Shown here in pieces: positions 38,159 through 56,526 of a stretch of 64,000 nt of DNA. Where the stretch lies: NCBI GenBank assembly GCA_904063045.1, contig CAJFCJ010000002.1, positions 4,298,179-4,362,178 on the forward strand, given 5' to 3'. The notes below the pieces were generated by a model, which saw nothing but the letters and a program-made list of their open reading frames with translations, had not been told where the DNA came from and searched no databases. Within the stretch, counting starts at the first letter, position 1, and every line of letters begins with the position of its first letter. Both the position numbers and the translations under genes were made by a program. Source of the stretch: Dimorphilus gyrociliatus. Its lineage: Eukaryota > Animalia > Annelida.

Positions 38159-39149
38159 TGACGTAGTTCTATTAAGTCTTGAAATTATATTCCGAAGATC
38201 TAAATAAGAAAAATAATAGCATTTATCGCATAACACGCAGAGACGACTTACTGCAACACGACGGGAAAATCATAACATTCTCGCAAATGAGCGATAATAG
38301 GAAGTGAAATCCGAATGATTAGAAGGAGTCTGTCACGCAATTGTTAGTTTATAAGCAAATATGAGATTGTACGATTTTTCCTTTAAAAACCTTAACAAGT
38401 CCTTTTCAATTTCCAACAATGATTATTTAAAGCGATTTTCGATCAAGTTACAAAAAAAGCGACATGTTGGCAGTAAGACTACTAACCGCAAACGTTTCGG
38501 AAAATTATTACACAAAAGTCAAAAAATCAATATTTAAAAAAAAATTAAATTTACCCTAAATGTTAAATATTAAATCCATATTTAAGTTTAAAAAACATCA
38601 ATAAGCTTATCAGTAATTCCTTTTATCTTTATCATTATTCTTTAAATATATATTAATGTATATATTATAATAGGAGCTAAATTCCTACTATATAACGTTC
38701 TTTTTCATTGTTGAATATCTTGTTCTCTTTTTGAATATGCTAATTAAGTATATTAATTAGTAAAGTTAGATTTTGAAATAATAGAAAAAAATTATTAATG
38801 ATATGCAGAAATTTTTTTTATAGAAATTACCCAAGTAATTATTACTTTGTATATTTAAAGAACTCTAGGATTGAATGCTAGATTTTTGAACTGCTGTCTA
38901 AAGTTTGATATTACAGTTGTTAGCAAACTTTGACACTCAATGGACATGTAAAGCACTAATATACAGATAGATATCTGAATAGCAGTCTGATCAAATTTTT
39001 CCTATTATATTTATATATTTAAGCTCTTAGTATAACACGATGAAACTACCACTTTAATCGTGTTATTCAATATAATGTATTGATTCAAGTTAGCTGTACT
39101 TAATAAGTTATTTCAATTTCCACTCTGAATTTAGTGGGACCAGGTAGTA

Positions 39150-41374
39150 ATGGCGCTGGCTGTAAACAACGAAGTCGTTTTAGAAAATATTTTTACTATT
39201 AATCGGATCTGTTATAATGTGTGCCTTGGCGAAACACATTTAGAATGGTTTGAAACAAATGAAGGAATATTCGAAAACGGAGGTCACTATTTTATTTTAT
39301 AATGCTTTTATGTCGATTATAATATCTCTTTCGTAGATCTGCATCATTCGAAAAAATCTGTTCCAATAGAACAAATTCTCTGCATAAGGGAAGAATGTAA
39401 AGGCAGCGAAAGAAATTGTTTTTCTGGTTTGCATTCTAGATCCTACGTAAGTTGATAGTTGTTGAATGTTAACATAAGTAGAAATTTTCATTCGCAAACC
39501 TATAACAGTTGCTGTCTGGCTATCATTCACTGGTAATTCAAGCTTAATCTAAAACAAATCATTTATAAATTTCTATAAAACCCTTACTCTCAGTACCTTA
39601 GCTCTCTTTCTTTACATTTGTAACATATATTAAAAATTAAATAACTAGCTGTTCTTTAGTATTTTATTTTCATTTCTTGTAGAAATCTTTCTTAAAGAGT
39701 TAAAAGAGAAAAAAGAAAATCGTTTTAAGAACATTGATTTTGAGATATTTTAAAAAATTCCACAGCTTTTCAAAATATTTTCATGTACCAGACTTCATTT
39801 TAAGAGTATTATAATAAAGTTAATTTATCTTGTTTTATTTGTATACTCTATTATTTCTAAAATTTGAACTGTCCTAGTTTGAACAATTTCGATTGTAATG
39901 CCCCCTATACTATTATTATTTTTCATATTTTATTATTATTATCTCAATGTTACTATTATAGAGCTATTTTCCAACTTAAATATAATATGATTGGTTTTTC
40001 ATTCATGTTTTTGGAGTATACAGTTCAAAATCAGTCAATGAATTAGACAGCAAATGTTAAAATTTCCTTACAGAGTCAAACAGTCGTACCCTGCTTATCG
40101 GCTGAAATTTGGTACATGCATAAGAAAAAGGCTGATAGATGGCGACTAAAGCGTCTTGTTATTACATCTCCACATGATACAATCGTTTCAAAATGGTTAC
40201 ATTTTGGACAAGAAATTTTAAGAAAGCATGTTATTAAACGCCCAAAGAGATTATTAATTTTTATTAATCCGATTAGCGGTAGTAAGTCTGGAGTAAGAAA
40301 ATTCAGAAAATGTGTTGAACCAGTTTTTAGGATGGCCAATATCGAAACAGTTGTTGTAAGAACCAAACACAAAAATCATTGCAGGTTTGATATTAAAAAA
40401 TTCCCTAAAGGTTTTGTTTATTTTTTCTTTCATTAATAAATAGAGATATCTTAAAGAACCAAAATCTGTCTCTCTATGATGGAATTTGTTTAGTCGGTGG
40501 AGATGGTCTCTATTCTGAAGCCATACATGGTTTACTACCAGATTCATCACTTCCTATCTCAATTATTCCGTGTGGTAGTACAAATGCTGTAGCCTGCTCT
40601 ATTTGTGGACCTAAAGTCGATGCAATAAGTGCCGCTCTTCAGGTTGTAAGAGGCTGCCAAATATCATTAGACGTATCAAATATATATGCAGAAGATCGAC
40701 TAATAGCTCATCATACTTGTATGCTTTCTGTTGGATACTTTGGGGATCTTTTGGCAAGAGCTGAGCCTTGGAGAAGAATTCTAGGAAAACGTCGCTACGA
40801 CGCAGCTGGATTTAGAACATTGTTATCTATGAGAAGTACCCGTGTTCGAATTACCTATAAAAAGATACCTGATGTGGTGGATTCTGTGTGCCACGAAAAC
40901 TGTCTTCGTTGCAGTCGGGAAGATGATAATTCAAGTTTAGAAGAACGTCGCATTGAAAGAAATGTTGCCGTTTTCAGTATTTTTACAATTTCATGCAGGT
41001 GTCCCATGTCTACGACTGGAGGAAGTCCTTACAGTCATTTGGGAGATGGTTGTGCAGTTATCTTAATCGTTAATGAGTGCTCCAGATTTCAATTCTTGAG
41101 ATTTCTAATAGCTCTAGCAAAAGATAGCACGAACGCATTAAAGTTGCCATATGTTGAATCCTTTAGAACAACTGATGTAAAAGTTGAAGTGTTAGCTGCG
41201 TCAATGGACACGCCAAATTGGAATTGCGATGGGGAAGTCGTACGTGAAAGATCTCTTCATGTTAAAATGGAGAGGAAAGCAATAAATGTCTTTGCCAACG
41301 GTGTTGAAAAAGTTGAAAAGTCTAACAAGAAATGTTGTAGTCTATGCACGTCTCGAGCAGATGATGATTTTTGA
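39150..41374 (+). CDS. CERK: Ceramide kinase-like (PH-like N-terminus + DAGK catalytic domain), ~494 aa; exons 39150-39282, 39337-39446, 40074-40384, 40444-41374
   Basis: 'RPKRLLIFINPISG', 'YDGICLVGGDG', 'IIPCGSTN', 'GYFGDLL', 'RYDAAG', 'CRCPMS', 'HLGDG', 'WNCDGE'. Exon sum 1485 nt. The first two exons were read manually. Confidence 0.85.
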
Positions 41375-42794
41375 TTTTTAATCTGTTTCCACATAATTGG
41401 AAACAAGAAAAAAGTTCACTTTTTGCAATTTCGTCATCGAACTGATATCTTTTATAAAGAGAAAAGAAAATAATAATAATCTCAGAAATATTTTATCAAC
41501 TGCATCTGGTCTCAATTTTTTTTTAGTGACATATTTTTTTTTTTAACAATCAAATCAAGCAATGCAATGCACATTCTAATCTATGTATATATATATATAT
41601 ATAAATTGCAGATTTTCTCTTTGTTAATTATATCCATCACTTTTAGATTAGGATACCAATTCCTAATTAATTTAATTAAGAACTGCGTGATAAGTTATTA
41701 ATGTATATTTATTATACCAAACATAAGAAAATTTCCTATGTTTGTTCGTTCAAAAGAGTTTTTAATACATTTCTGTCAGAATAAAATATGTTCAATTTTT
41801 ATTTGTGTTACTTTCCTTGTATTTTCTTTTTAGTTTTTTAGTATTATATTTTATTTTTATCTTTTTATGACTGAAAAATGTCAAAAAACTATATTTTCTT
41901 GTCAATAGAGCAAATATGAAAGGTAGATAACTGATAAACAAACATTAAAATATACTTTTAAAATTGTAATAAGAGGTTATATATAGAATGAATTTATCAA
42001 CTTTTGCGCAACAATTATATGTAAATGTTTTTCGTGCGTGCTAAATTTGTCTTTTTTTTTGTCTATTTACATGTAACTATACCGGTTTAAAGTTTTGTTT
42101 ATTATCTACTAATTCAGCCCTGATTTGATCAGCTACTCGATATTTAATTTATATTGAAATTATACCAAATATACTTATTTTGTTCGCAAATCAAATACAA
42201 ATATTTGAAGGTTTTCCAGGCAGAATTTAGTTGTAAAAGTTGGTTATTTTTTTGGTCTTAAACGTGTTTATTTTCTTTTTCTCTAACAATAGGTGGCGGT
42301 ATATCTTTAAAAAAAATCATATTCTTTTCACCACATAGGTTGAATTTGCGATTGATCGATAGGTGCCGCCTAACTTAGTTGGGTATTATATTAAAGAAAC
42401 GTGATTTTCAGATCAATAGTATTTGTAATGGTAAAGTCTCCAAGATACGACTGTCCTGAAAGTTTATACGTCCTTTGAAAATTCAATCTTCAAAAGTAAT
42501 ATTCAAACTATCAGGTGTGTGTAAATATTAGTAATATTGCAAAGAAGATCTTGAGATAATTTGAATGACAATAGATAACTACACCCATAGATTCAGCATT
42601 CTGGCTTCTCTATTGCTGTGTAGGCTCAAGTGCTAATTAATATACGTAAGAAACATCGCTCAAGTGCTTCCTTTAAAGTACAAGGGCGTTTTCATTGCAG
42701 GTATATATATATAGATCGCCATTTTGATTTTGGCCAATCTCTAATATTTGAATTGTGACAGTGATAAGTGACCTAGGAGAATGCGAAAGAAACA

Positions 42795-45700
42795 ATGAAA
42801 ACTCTCATTTTACTTGTAATTATTCTTCAAATAAACGTGGCTTTTTTGAACTCAACTCAAGATGCTTCTCAAAGAAATACAACTTATCGGGAGTATACCG
42901 GCGAATGCGGAGTTGAGGTTATCGATGCTAACGTTTACGGGAGGATAAAGGAATTGGTCGCCATGAGGATAAAATTGCTTGTCTATGACTTTTCCTTTCC
43001 TAATGCCTCTGCTGACCCGTTTAGAACATCAGATCATTATTTTAAACCCAATAAATTTTATAGGGCATTTCAAAAGCATGGCCAAACTTTGTTGGCTTTA
43101 GCTTTTAATTATGGAATATTATCGGTTTTTACCTTAGAATTGGGTGTCATCACTGAACGAATAGAGCTGAGAGACGTTCCTTCAGGTTGCTTCGCTGAAA
43201 TTTCGGGTCCTAAAAAAATGGATATTCTTTTAGATGCCATCTTCCACGGTTTTGAAAAAGGTGAAAATGCTCATATCCAAATTGAACCTTTTGAAAGAGT
43301 TTGTCATGAAATAATCATGACATCAAGTATATACGCGGATTTCGAAGATAGATGTTGTCATTGGGACGCTCAAAAAAAAAAAATTACGTGCTCGAAGGAT
43401 ATCTATAACTTTTGGGTAAAATTATTAAACGTTCTTCTTCTCATTCTTAAAGTTTTGGTATTTGTATTTGGGCCATTAATGATACCCCGTTGGTTGTATA
43501 CTTCGCAGCCTCATAGAGTTAGATATTTAGTAAAATTAAAGGAGCCACTAGTCAAGTTTATAACAGTTGCTAATCCTGGGAATGTAGAAAGATACGTGGC
43601 CAGATCGAAAAAGATTATTGATTTAACAAGCGTCGAGAGGGGATTTCCGACATGTAAGTTGGAGTTGAAAAATTTTACACCAGGAGACAGAATAAGAGTA
43701 AAGGTAATAACGAAACGTAAAATTTTCAATTATTAATATTTTCCCCCTCTTTCAAATTTTATACTTTCTTTATTGTTAAGAAAGAATAGATTCTAATGAC
43801 CTTTTATGTCTGTTTGTGAAACTTTTTATGTCCTATATTTATTCAACTATTTCATGCCATATAGAGCGTGCCATTTATGTGTCATAAACTCGAAACAGTT
43901 TTATCTGAGTCTATTTTACAAAAGGTAAAAAGAAAAATGTATGAAGTACAGCAAAAAAGGAATTGTCATAAAAGAACTGTTTAATAGATCTTCCTTAGTC
44001 CTTAATCTTTTAGAAGTTACTATATTATTTATATGTTCTGTTTTTTTATGTTCTCTCATTTTATTGCACTTATAATTTTTGTATTATATGGTAATTACGT
44101 TCTTTGAAAAGAAATAAGAATTTTGTCGATACTTCTACAAATTTTTTATTACCTTATAGATATCGTCCTATCGATTATTGATTAACTACGGAAAACTGTT
44201 ATTGGAGAACAAGGTTCCTGTAGGCTTGTTTAAAGTTTTGAAAAGAGCTATTTGTCTGTGCAAATTAAAGGAAATTTCACCTTTTAATGACTGTTGTGAC
44301 TCTCCTATATTACCTGTGAAGCAGATAAAGGATATAAAATGGATTCATTTTTGCAAATTGTTAACAAGAATAATGCTAATCCTACTTCTTCCACTTCCAT
44401 ATTACATAAGAATAACCCTGTTCTATATGTATGAAAGCGAGGAAATTGATGCCCGATTTAAAGCCACCGATAAACTTGGAAAGACAATCCGTTTCAATTT
44501 TAGGTTTATGCACTCTCTCGGTCCGACCCATGGACTTTTCATTGGAATATATATAGTTTACATTTTCACAGCTTGCTTTTTAGCATACTCACATCAAAGG
44601 GGGAAAGATTCTCATTTCCAAAGAGTTATGATAAAATCTTTTAGGGAATTAAGGAATTCAGTTTGGCTCTCTTCTTTAAAGTTTTTAACTTTCAATATTT
44701 TGTATCCTATGAGGAAATTTGGACTTCTTGGAATTATCGTAGGATTAATTTATTGGCCATTTGCTATACCATTTTCTTTGTTAGTTTGCGTAATCTATTG
44801 TCTGCCCTTATTCTATCTCATATTTAGAATGCTGAGATATGCTAGAGATGCTTCTACCTTAAAAGAAGATGATGATGATGAAATTTTATTCATGGCGGAT
44901 AAGCAAAGAATAAATAAGAAATTAGAAGAGGAAATGGAAAAGCTTAAAACAGGTAGCCTCCTTCGAGAGTTTAAACAAAGAAGAAAATCAAAAGCTGACT
45001 CAAAAATTAACCTTCACAAAATTAGCTCTGAGAATCTCGGAGATAAGAAAAAAGTGAAGGATAAAGATGAAGAGAAATGCAAAGATAAAGAAACAGAGAA
45101 GGACAACGATAAAGAAAAGGATGTAGACAAAGAGAAAGAAACTGATAAAGAGGTAACTAAAGATCGCCTTATTCAACAAGATAGTATAGGAACATTTTCT
45201 TCATTTGAATCGGAAGAAACAGATCAGATGCTTAAGCAACAACAGAGTGAGATGGAATCAAGTGCTAAAAAAACAAACAGAGATAAAATTAAATTTATTG
45301 TACTGAGGGCATGGCAAAATTTAGTAGGTTTAATGTGTATCATTGCAATGGCAGCCGTAATGATGCTCATGGCAGAATGTGTTGGCTACATGGTTGAAAT
45401 GTTCGTGTTTACTTTAATGGGTATAATTGTCAATGCAGGAGCGGTTCTTCGATATGTTACTCTATCCTTACTTGTAATTCTATACTCTTACGATTGCTAT
45501 AATAATGTTGCCAAGCAATATCTAAAGCTAAATCAAGCCATGTTTGCAGAAGTAAAGGATAGAATACATGGTATCTCTGAAGTTACATCCCTTCCCTCTT
45601 ATCTGCAAGAAAATATGGGATTTAAAGCCCAAGAGGCTAGTGATCAAGCTGAACACGAAAATCCTGATGACATAGCAAGTGGAGAGGATGGAGAAGCTCT

Positions 45701-46496
45701 CCTCCCGCAAAATATTTTTTGGGATTTGAATGATTTAATTTTATTTATCGACTCAGACGATGTACCCAGAGTGCCTAGAAAATTATTTGAGGAACTTTGC
45801 GAAATTAGAGTATCTGGAAGTCCTGGTCCTGTTTATTTATCCCTATTAGCAGCTACAAAGAGGTTTCTAATTATCGTAATCTTCCTATTATTTGTATTAA
45901 TTGTCGTAATGTCGTTTGGTGAAATTTATCAAGTATCCTCAACTAATCAAATGTTGGCAACATTTGCCGGCGGCTTTTTGCCCCTTATGCTTCGAAAAGT
46001 TTTACAGCCCATTGCACCCGAGCCTGAACTTAAAAGTTTAACTTTCAAGTCAAAGATGGACGAAATCATAAAGAATTATCACCAATTGTGGCCAATGTTT
46101 GACCTACCCCTAGAGCCATATCCAGAGGAAGAAGATGAAAAAGACAAAGACTCTGAAAACGAAGGTGGATCAGATCAACCGGATGGATGTAGTAGTCGTC
46201 TCAAGCAAATGAGAAATGATTTTAAGAAAGCAGTATCATTTTCCTTTGATAAACAAAGCGATCAATTTAAAATTGAAATGGATGAAGGTCCGGAGAAAGA
46301 CATCGATATTCTATTCGTAATTCCTTCAGAATTAGATCCGAATAGAAATTCTTGGGGACCCAGATCAAAATCAGATTTCAGGCGGAAAGCTATTAGAAAA
46401 GATATACCATCATCTCCTACAAATCGAAAATCATTAAATGCTCTCCAGCGAATGACAAGTATCGGAAACTTTATTAAAGATAATCTAGATGTATAA
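42795..46496 (+). CDS. Uncharacterised multi-pass membrane protein, ~1081 aa; exons 42795-43703, 44160-46496
   Basis: Signal peptide, Cys-containing ectodomain, many hydrophobic segments and a long K/E/D-rich loop. Phase-0 intron AAG|gtaata...ttatag|ATA joins the two long ORFs. No family recognised. Confidence 0.85.
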
Positions 46497-47434
46497 AAAC
46501 GCTTGAATCTCGTGTAAAATGTTGGTTTACTCCCACATAGTTATATGTTATATACTCTACTGTAAGCTCTACATGCAAAGTATACTTCAGTTTTGTTATC
46601 ATACATATTCAATAAAAAATTATCCAGTTAAGAACGATTGATAGTTTTAGATTAGATATAATATTCCGATGATAAATAGAAAGATTTTGTCTAACTAGAT
46701 TTTCTATTGAGCTGTAGAGAAAAAAATTGGTTATTTTCTTTTTGTAAGGCATGGTCTTTTTGATTAGTTTAATTATTTGGTGCACTCGTATCTTTGTTTG
46801 GAGTGTTCAAAGATAAAATCTATAAAATACTAAGTTATCATTAATTCTCTAATTATTGTTTATTGTTTTAGTGTAAGTAACATGTGATATTATTTAATAT
46901 ATTATTTCGATTAACATTCTTGCTAGTACCTCTTCTGAAGATAGGACTTTTAAATTACAGTTATATCACAATCCACTTATCATTTGTGGAGAGATAATAA
47001 CTGATAAATTTAATAAATTTATAATTTTGTAAATTTTGGGTTAGTGACAAATCTTCTGAAATGAAAAGAAATCAGTGGATAAAGTTCAAACTCAAGTGCA
47101 TTTGAGAGGAGCGAAATTGTACTAAAAAATAAAGGGGTGTAAAAAGGGCTGACAACAAATTATAAAATATGTCTCCCTAGATGAAAGACAGAGTAATTAT
47201 GGTACGGAATTTTCAATCACAATAGGAAACGAAGATTCGCACTTGGGCGAACTGTTGACCATAGTTTTCTTCATGAATATGCAGTACGTTTTAGAAAATA
47301 CGCGTTAAGTGCAGCAATCGAAATTCTAAATTAAACACCTACGTATAAGATTTGATAAAGTACTCTCTTAACCGATTAAGACTGATATTTATAAGTAAAG
47401 AATTTAAATCACAGATTAATTTATTACGCGCAAG

Positions 47435-48513
47435 ATGATCCATCGTTTGATAACTTTATTATTGGGATTTACTCTTTTGCAGTTCGCTATTTGCAACGAC
47501 TGTATAGGTAAACCAGATGGTGAACATATTCATCGGGCATGTAACTACTACGTTGAGTGTAGAAATCAACAAGAATTTCCAGTATTTTGCACCAAACCAT
47601 ACGTTTATAACCATGTGAAAAGAAAATGTGATTTGTAATTATCAAACATTTTTTCAATTCTTTCATATTATTATCTTTTTTCTCTTTTAGATGAAAAGAC
47701 ATATCTTTCTTTGTTTAAAATTTTGTTTTATATTTCAAAAATTATTGAGATTATTAAAATAAGCAATAACTAATATTTATAAAACTTTTCAGAGAATCGG
47801 TCAGTCCTCCTCCTTGTGGAAATCAGGTCAATTGTAATGGAATACCAGATGGACGCTATCCACTAGTAAACCTTGATTGCAAATGCTACTTTACATGTAT
47901 GAACAATATAAATGTTGGAACCCAATGTTGTCCTTCGAGTAAGGTCTTTACTATTTATACCCTTTTTAATACGTGTAATAACAATTGTTTAGATAGATGG
48001 CGCCATTGTACAAAGTATCGTGTCATTTTTTCATAATACTTTATCACTAATTACAGCTATAGTATTGATTCTGTTATTGATTTTTTTAAATTTTCTTTTA
48101 TTGTAGATTTACGATGGGATGTTTACCTAGAGCTATGCAATTGGGCACATTTAGTTCCCCCTCCTTGCGGTACGTTACCTCCTGTAGTCACCCCTGAACC
48201 TGTAACACAAACTCCAATAGTGGAACAAACAACCACAACAAAACCACCAGTTTTGGAAACCACTCAGCGTCCTGTACTAGGTAATTGCACGGCGAATAAT
48301 ATCTGTGACGTAAATGGAGAAGTCTGCTGTTGGCATATTCAACCTAATATAAGTGGATGTTGTGCTCAGGGTGAAATGTGTTGCCCTTCTGCAATCGGAG
48401 ACTTTCATGACTGTTGCCCAATTTCGGATGGAGTTTGTCATGCTGTCGGTGGTACCGGTTGCTACAAAAACAGAGTTCGTGACAACCAACCAAAAATTAG
48501 GGGTAGAAGTTAA
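47435..48513 (+). CDS. Secreted protein: 2 chitin-binding type-2 (CBM14/peritrophin-A) domains, Thr/Pro-rich linker, 12-Cys granulin-like domain, ~250 aa; exons 47435-47634, 47793-47938, 48107-48513
   Basis: Signal peptide. CBM14 patterns 'C..KPDG.......C..YVEC........C.....YN.....CD' and 'C.GIPDGRYP....C..YFTC........CPS.LRWD.....CNW'. Phases 2 and 1 are consistent; 753 nt. Confidence 0.85.
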
Positions 48514-50410
48514 TTGTAGACATTGATACCTTTGAATATGCTGATTAGACAATAAAATAAACATGTTTAGTCCGCCCCCAATCCAAGATTTACACGCGCA
48601 TGCTTAAGTTTACAATGGCTTGACCCTCATCCGGTTCGTTATTACTAATTTATCTAATTTTAGAAGTACGTCTTGATAAATAAATAACACCAACAATAAT
48701 AATGAAAGTAATATGTTTTAAAGTAAAGTAATCTTATAAAGGAATTATTAAAAATAAACCTAATTGTAAATTCAAGTAGACAGTATCGGAAAAGAGATGA
48801 TGTCTAATATATCTTATATGAATTGTCAATATTCTCTATAATTAATACAAGAAAGCAGGAAATGCAGTAATATCCAATGAACAGAATCAATTATTGAACA
48901 GGAATAGTATACGTTCTGTTTACATAATGTACTGTGTAAGCATATATGTACATTATAAATAGTGTATGCATAAACATAAATATAAACAAACACAAACAGA
49001 TACACAGACGCATCCACGCACATATAAATATATACTGTATATGTGTATATATAAAGCCTATATACCTATTAAATTCAACGCATAGGCCTATATGATGTTA
49101 TTATTTTTTTTGTAAAAACATATAGGCTTAGTAGAAACAGTTAATTAATGCTGCATCGTCTCTTTTCAGAATGTAACATCCGGTGAAAATAGCTATTAGT
49201 CTATTTCGGATAGCATATAGATATATACAAATGTGCTTGCTCCTCAAAATCACAACCATATTAGTCATAGAATTTGAATAGGTTTAAGAGTTCAAATGAT
49301 TTTATCCTATGTCCCGTATAAAAACGACTAGGCAATAACGTTTCAAATAATACAAAACATAGGTTGCTGCATTCGTCAACGCGTGACAAGAGTTATAATC
49401 ACATTTTACATCTTATAAATAAATGCTCTATCATCAGTTCAATGTCTTTTAACAATAATGCTTTACCTAATTAGTAAAGTGAAAATCGTGTTAATATAGA
49501 GCGTGATGAGAATTTATTTAGTAATTGTAGTGAATATTCAATAGTTGACACTTAAAGCTGTTTTCTTTTTCTTAATTGCACAAATATTGCATAACATTTG
49601 AACTATTTTGTTACGTTTTATTAGAGGATGTCAACTTTGGCATTATTTATTTTAAAGAATTCGGGGAAAATAGCAAATTTCCCTTGAGATTTAGTTTAGT
49701 TTGGTCTTTTTTTGTCTGTTATAAGTTTCCCTAAAGCGAAAATTGATCAACTTGTCTTTACTAAATTTTACACTTGCTTTCTAAATCCTAGTTTTTTTTT
49801 TCATCTCTTTCTCTCATTTTTTTTACTACGAAACTAAAAGGCGAGTTGACGTAGTATTTATAGGCCTAATATTGAAAGTAGTCCCATTCCGGCAAAAAAA
49901 TAAAAATATAGTACCAATAGATTGGCTGTATTCCTACATTTCTGTAAAGCCCGCGATACAAGAGAAATAAACTACCTTGTAGGAGCATATGTGCGCTCAA
50001 AAGAGCGATCGACGTCGAAGACAAAAGACCATATTCCCTCAGAGTTGAGTGTAAGTAAATTGCTACTTTATGTAAGATAATTCATTCGTATCGAAGCAGT
50101 TATTTTTGGCGGTATATAGAAACGGTATTATACCTTTAGTATTATTCAGTTGCTTCTTTATTCTTCGGGAAATACCTGCACTCTAATCAATTATACCCCA
50201 GTATTGTAACCAGATAGTGTTTGTCGATTTTGTGATAACTTCAGTGTATCTCTCTTATGGACAGAGAAATGTGTGATTTTTAACCTTGACCTTACAAATT
50301 AATAAAGAAAAATTGTAAATTATGACTAATAAATGGTATTTAAGTCGAAATAGTTTTACTCATACGAATTGCTTATTCATGTTTCAGATACATTACGAGT
50401 AGGAAAAAAG

Positions 50411-54551
<4,141 letters not shown>

Positions 54552-54824
54552 AAAAGAAAAGATCAGGAATTTTAACAAAACAGTATTTAATTACTGAAAA
54601 AAAGAAAATATTTTTTAAATTAGATATATTTTAAACATTTATGTCAGAGGAAGACAACCAACCAACTAAACAAAAAAAAAAACAAAAGGCAAGAAACGGA
54701 AAGAAACAAACAACTAGCAAAAAAAAAGTATATTTTAATAACAAAGAAAGTGAAAATTATATTTAGTTTTCTTTTTTTTTCCATTCTATTCAAAAAACAT
54801 ATAAACTAAACAAAATCCGGATGA

Positions 54825-54925
54825 AAAATATATATATATGTATATGTATATATATATACTGATTGGGAAAAACCATATATATTATATGGTTATATATATT
54901 ATATATATATATATATATATATTAC
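54825..54925. repeat. (TA)n-rich microsatellite region in the PKC 3' flank; similar (TA)n tracts occur near 9590-9640, 36190-36215, 41583-41602, 57095-57140 and 63850-63910
   Basis: Visible TA dinucleotide runs. Confidence 0.9.
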
Positions 54926-56526
54926 TTCGTGTGTATATTTTATTTATGCTTTTAAAATTTTTATCTGATAACAAAAAATAGCAAAATTAATAACAAAACA
55001 AGAGGAAAAACATTATTAATTTTATTATTTTTTTTCTTTTATTTGTGTATTTGTATTAATCTCATTTTCTTATTATATTATCAACTAATATCAAGAAGAT
55101 TGAGCTGTGATAGATCTAACAATTGTAAGAAAAAGAAATACATTTTTTGAACTAATTCCATTCTAAAGTGAGAAAAAAGAAAAACGTATTGAAATCATTA
55201 AATTCATAAGATCCATTTTATTACTCGTCTTTATATTAAAGATAAAGAATTTAGATTGAATGGAAGTTAAATGACATAATTTATACAAACAAAATCTATA
55301 ACATTACCTTAGTAGACAGAAAAATGACTTTCTGTTTAAAATTATATAAAAGTGAAAATGAACAATTAATTGGTTTTTCATTTGAGAATATTTTAATAAT
55401 GATTTATTAGAATTGAAGAGAATATCAATGGTTATATGAGGTATATATCTATTGCGATTGAATGTATATTTGCAGATATTGCTTGTATATTTAGACTTAC
55501 ATATAAATAGGTAGAAAAAGTTGTTTGTTTTTAAAATTACAGTAGAAGAATAGATTAAATATGGGTAAAAACTATTTTATAACAACAATCCCTGTTTTGA
55601 GAGAAAAAGAAAAGGGTATAGTTTTCGGTCTTTTCCTCCTTTAACGTAGACAGAGAATGAAATAAAAAATATTTTCATTTGTTAAAAGTTTGTCGATTAT
55701 CCTACCTTATTCATGAAAATTGTACATAGGTGTTTACCATAATTAAATACACAATAAATCTTATTGAATACTATGAAAAATACCAAACATTTTCGTATCT
55801 TCGCAATATTATAATATATATATATTGTATATAGTATTTGTCTAAATAATCGATATTTTTATTAATAAAATAGCAATAAATAGACTTTTGTACTAATATT
55901 ACTAGATCAAATGAATCACAATCACACGTGTAGAAAAATTAGGCGCAAACTTCTTGAAATGTTAATCATGAGCTATTTTCTTCTGGGTGGGGTTTTTTTT
56001 TCTCTTCTTTATTTGACTTATTCTTAATTTTAAAATTATAAAAAAAGTAAATTCTCATTTATATATATTTAAAAAAATCTATTCATTATAACTGTTTTGA
56101 AATGGTTACATTCAATAAATGATGTATCAGCTTTCTTTTTGATTCAATGAACCTTACTTCTATCTCTTTTCTTTTCTCTGCTTCAATGATGATTGATTCG
56201 ATGCTATCCTATAATATTTATAAACGGCGTCAAAACAATTCTACATTAGAAAGTGGGAATGTCATCTTTGTAAACGAAGTCAGAAAAAAGATATCGTATT
56301 GACTCATTCAATAAAATCGTTGAAGTGAAAGTGTGAAATATCAATAAACGTTCATAGCTTCAACTATAGTATTTCCAAATAAATAAAAGACTATATATCT
56401 TACTATAATGTAATTAGTATCATAATTATAGCAACTGTAATATTCAATGTTCAAAGAAAATAAGAATCAATGTAAAAATGGATTATTTGATTTTTTTATT
56501 TGAAAAATATAAAAAGTATGGCAAAA

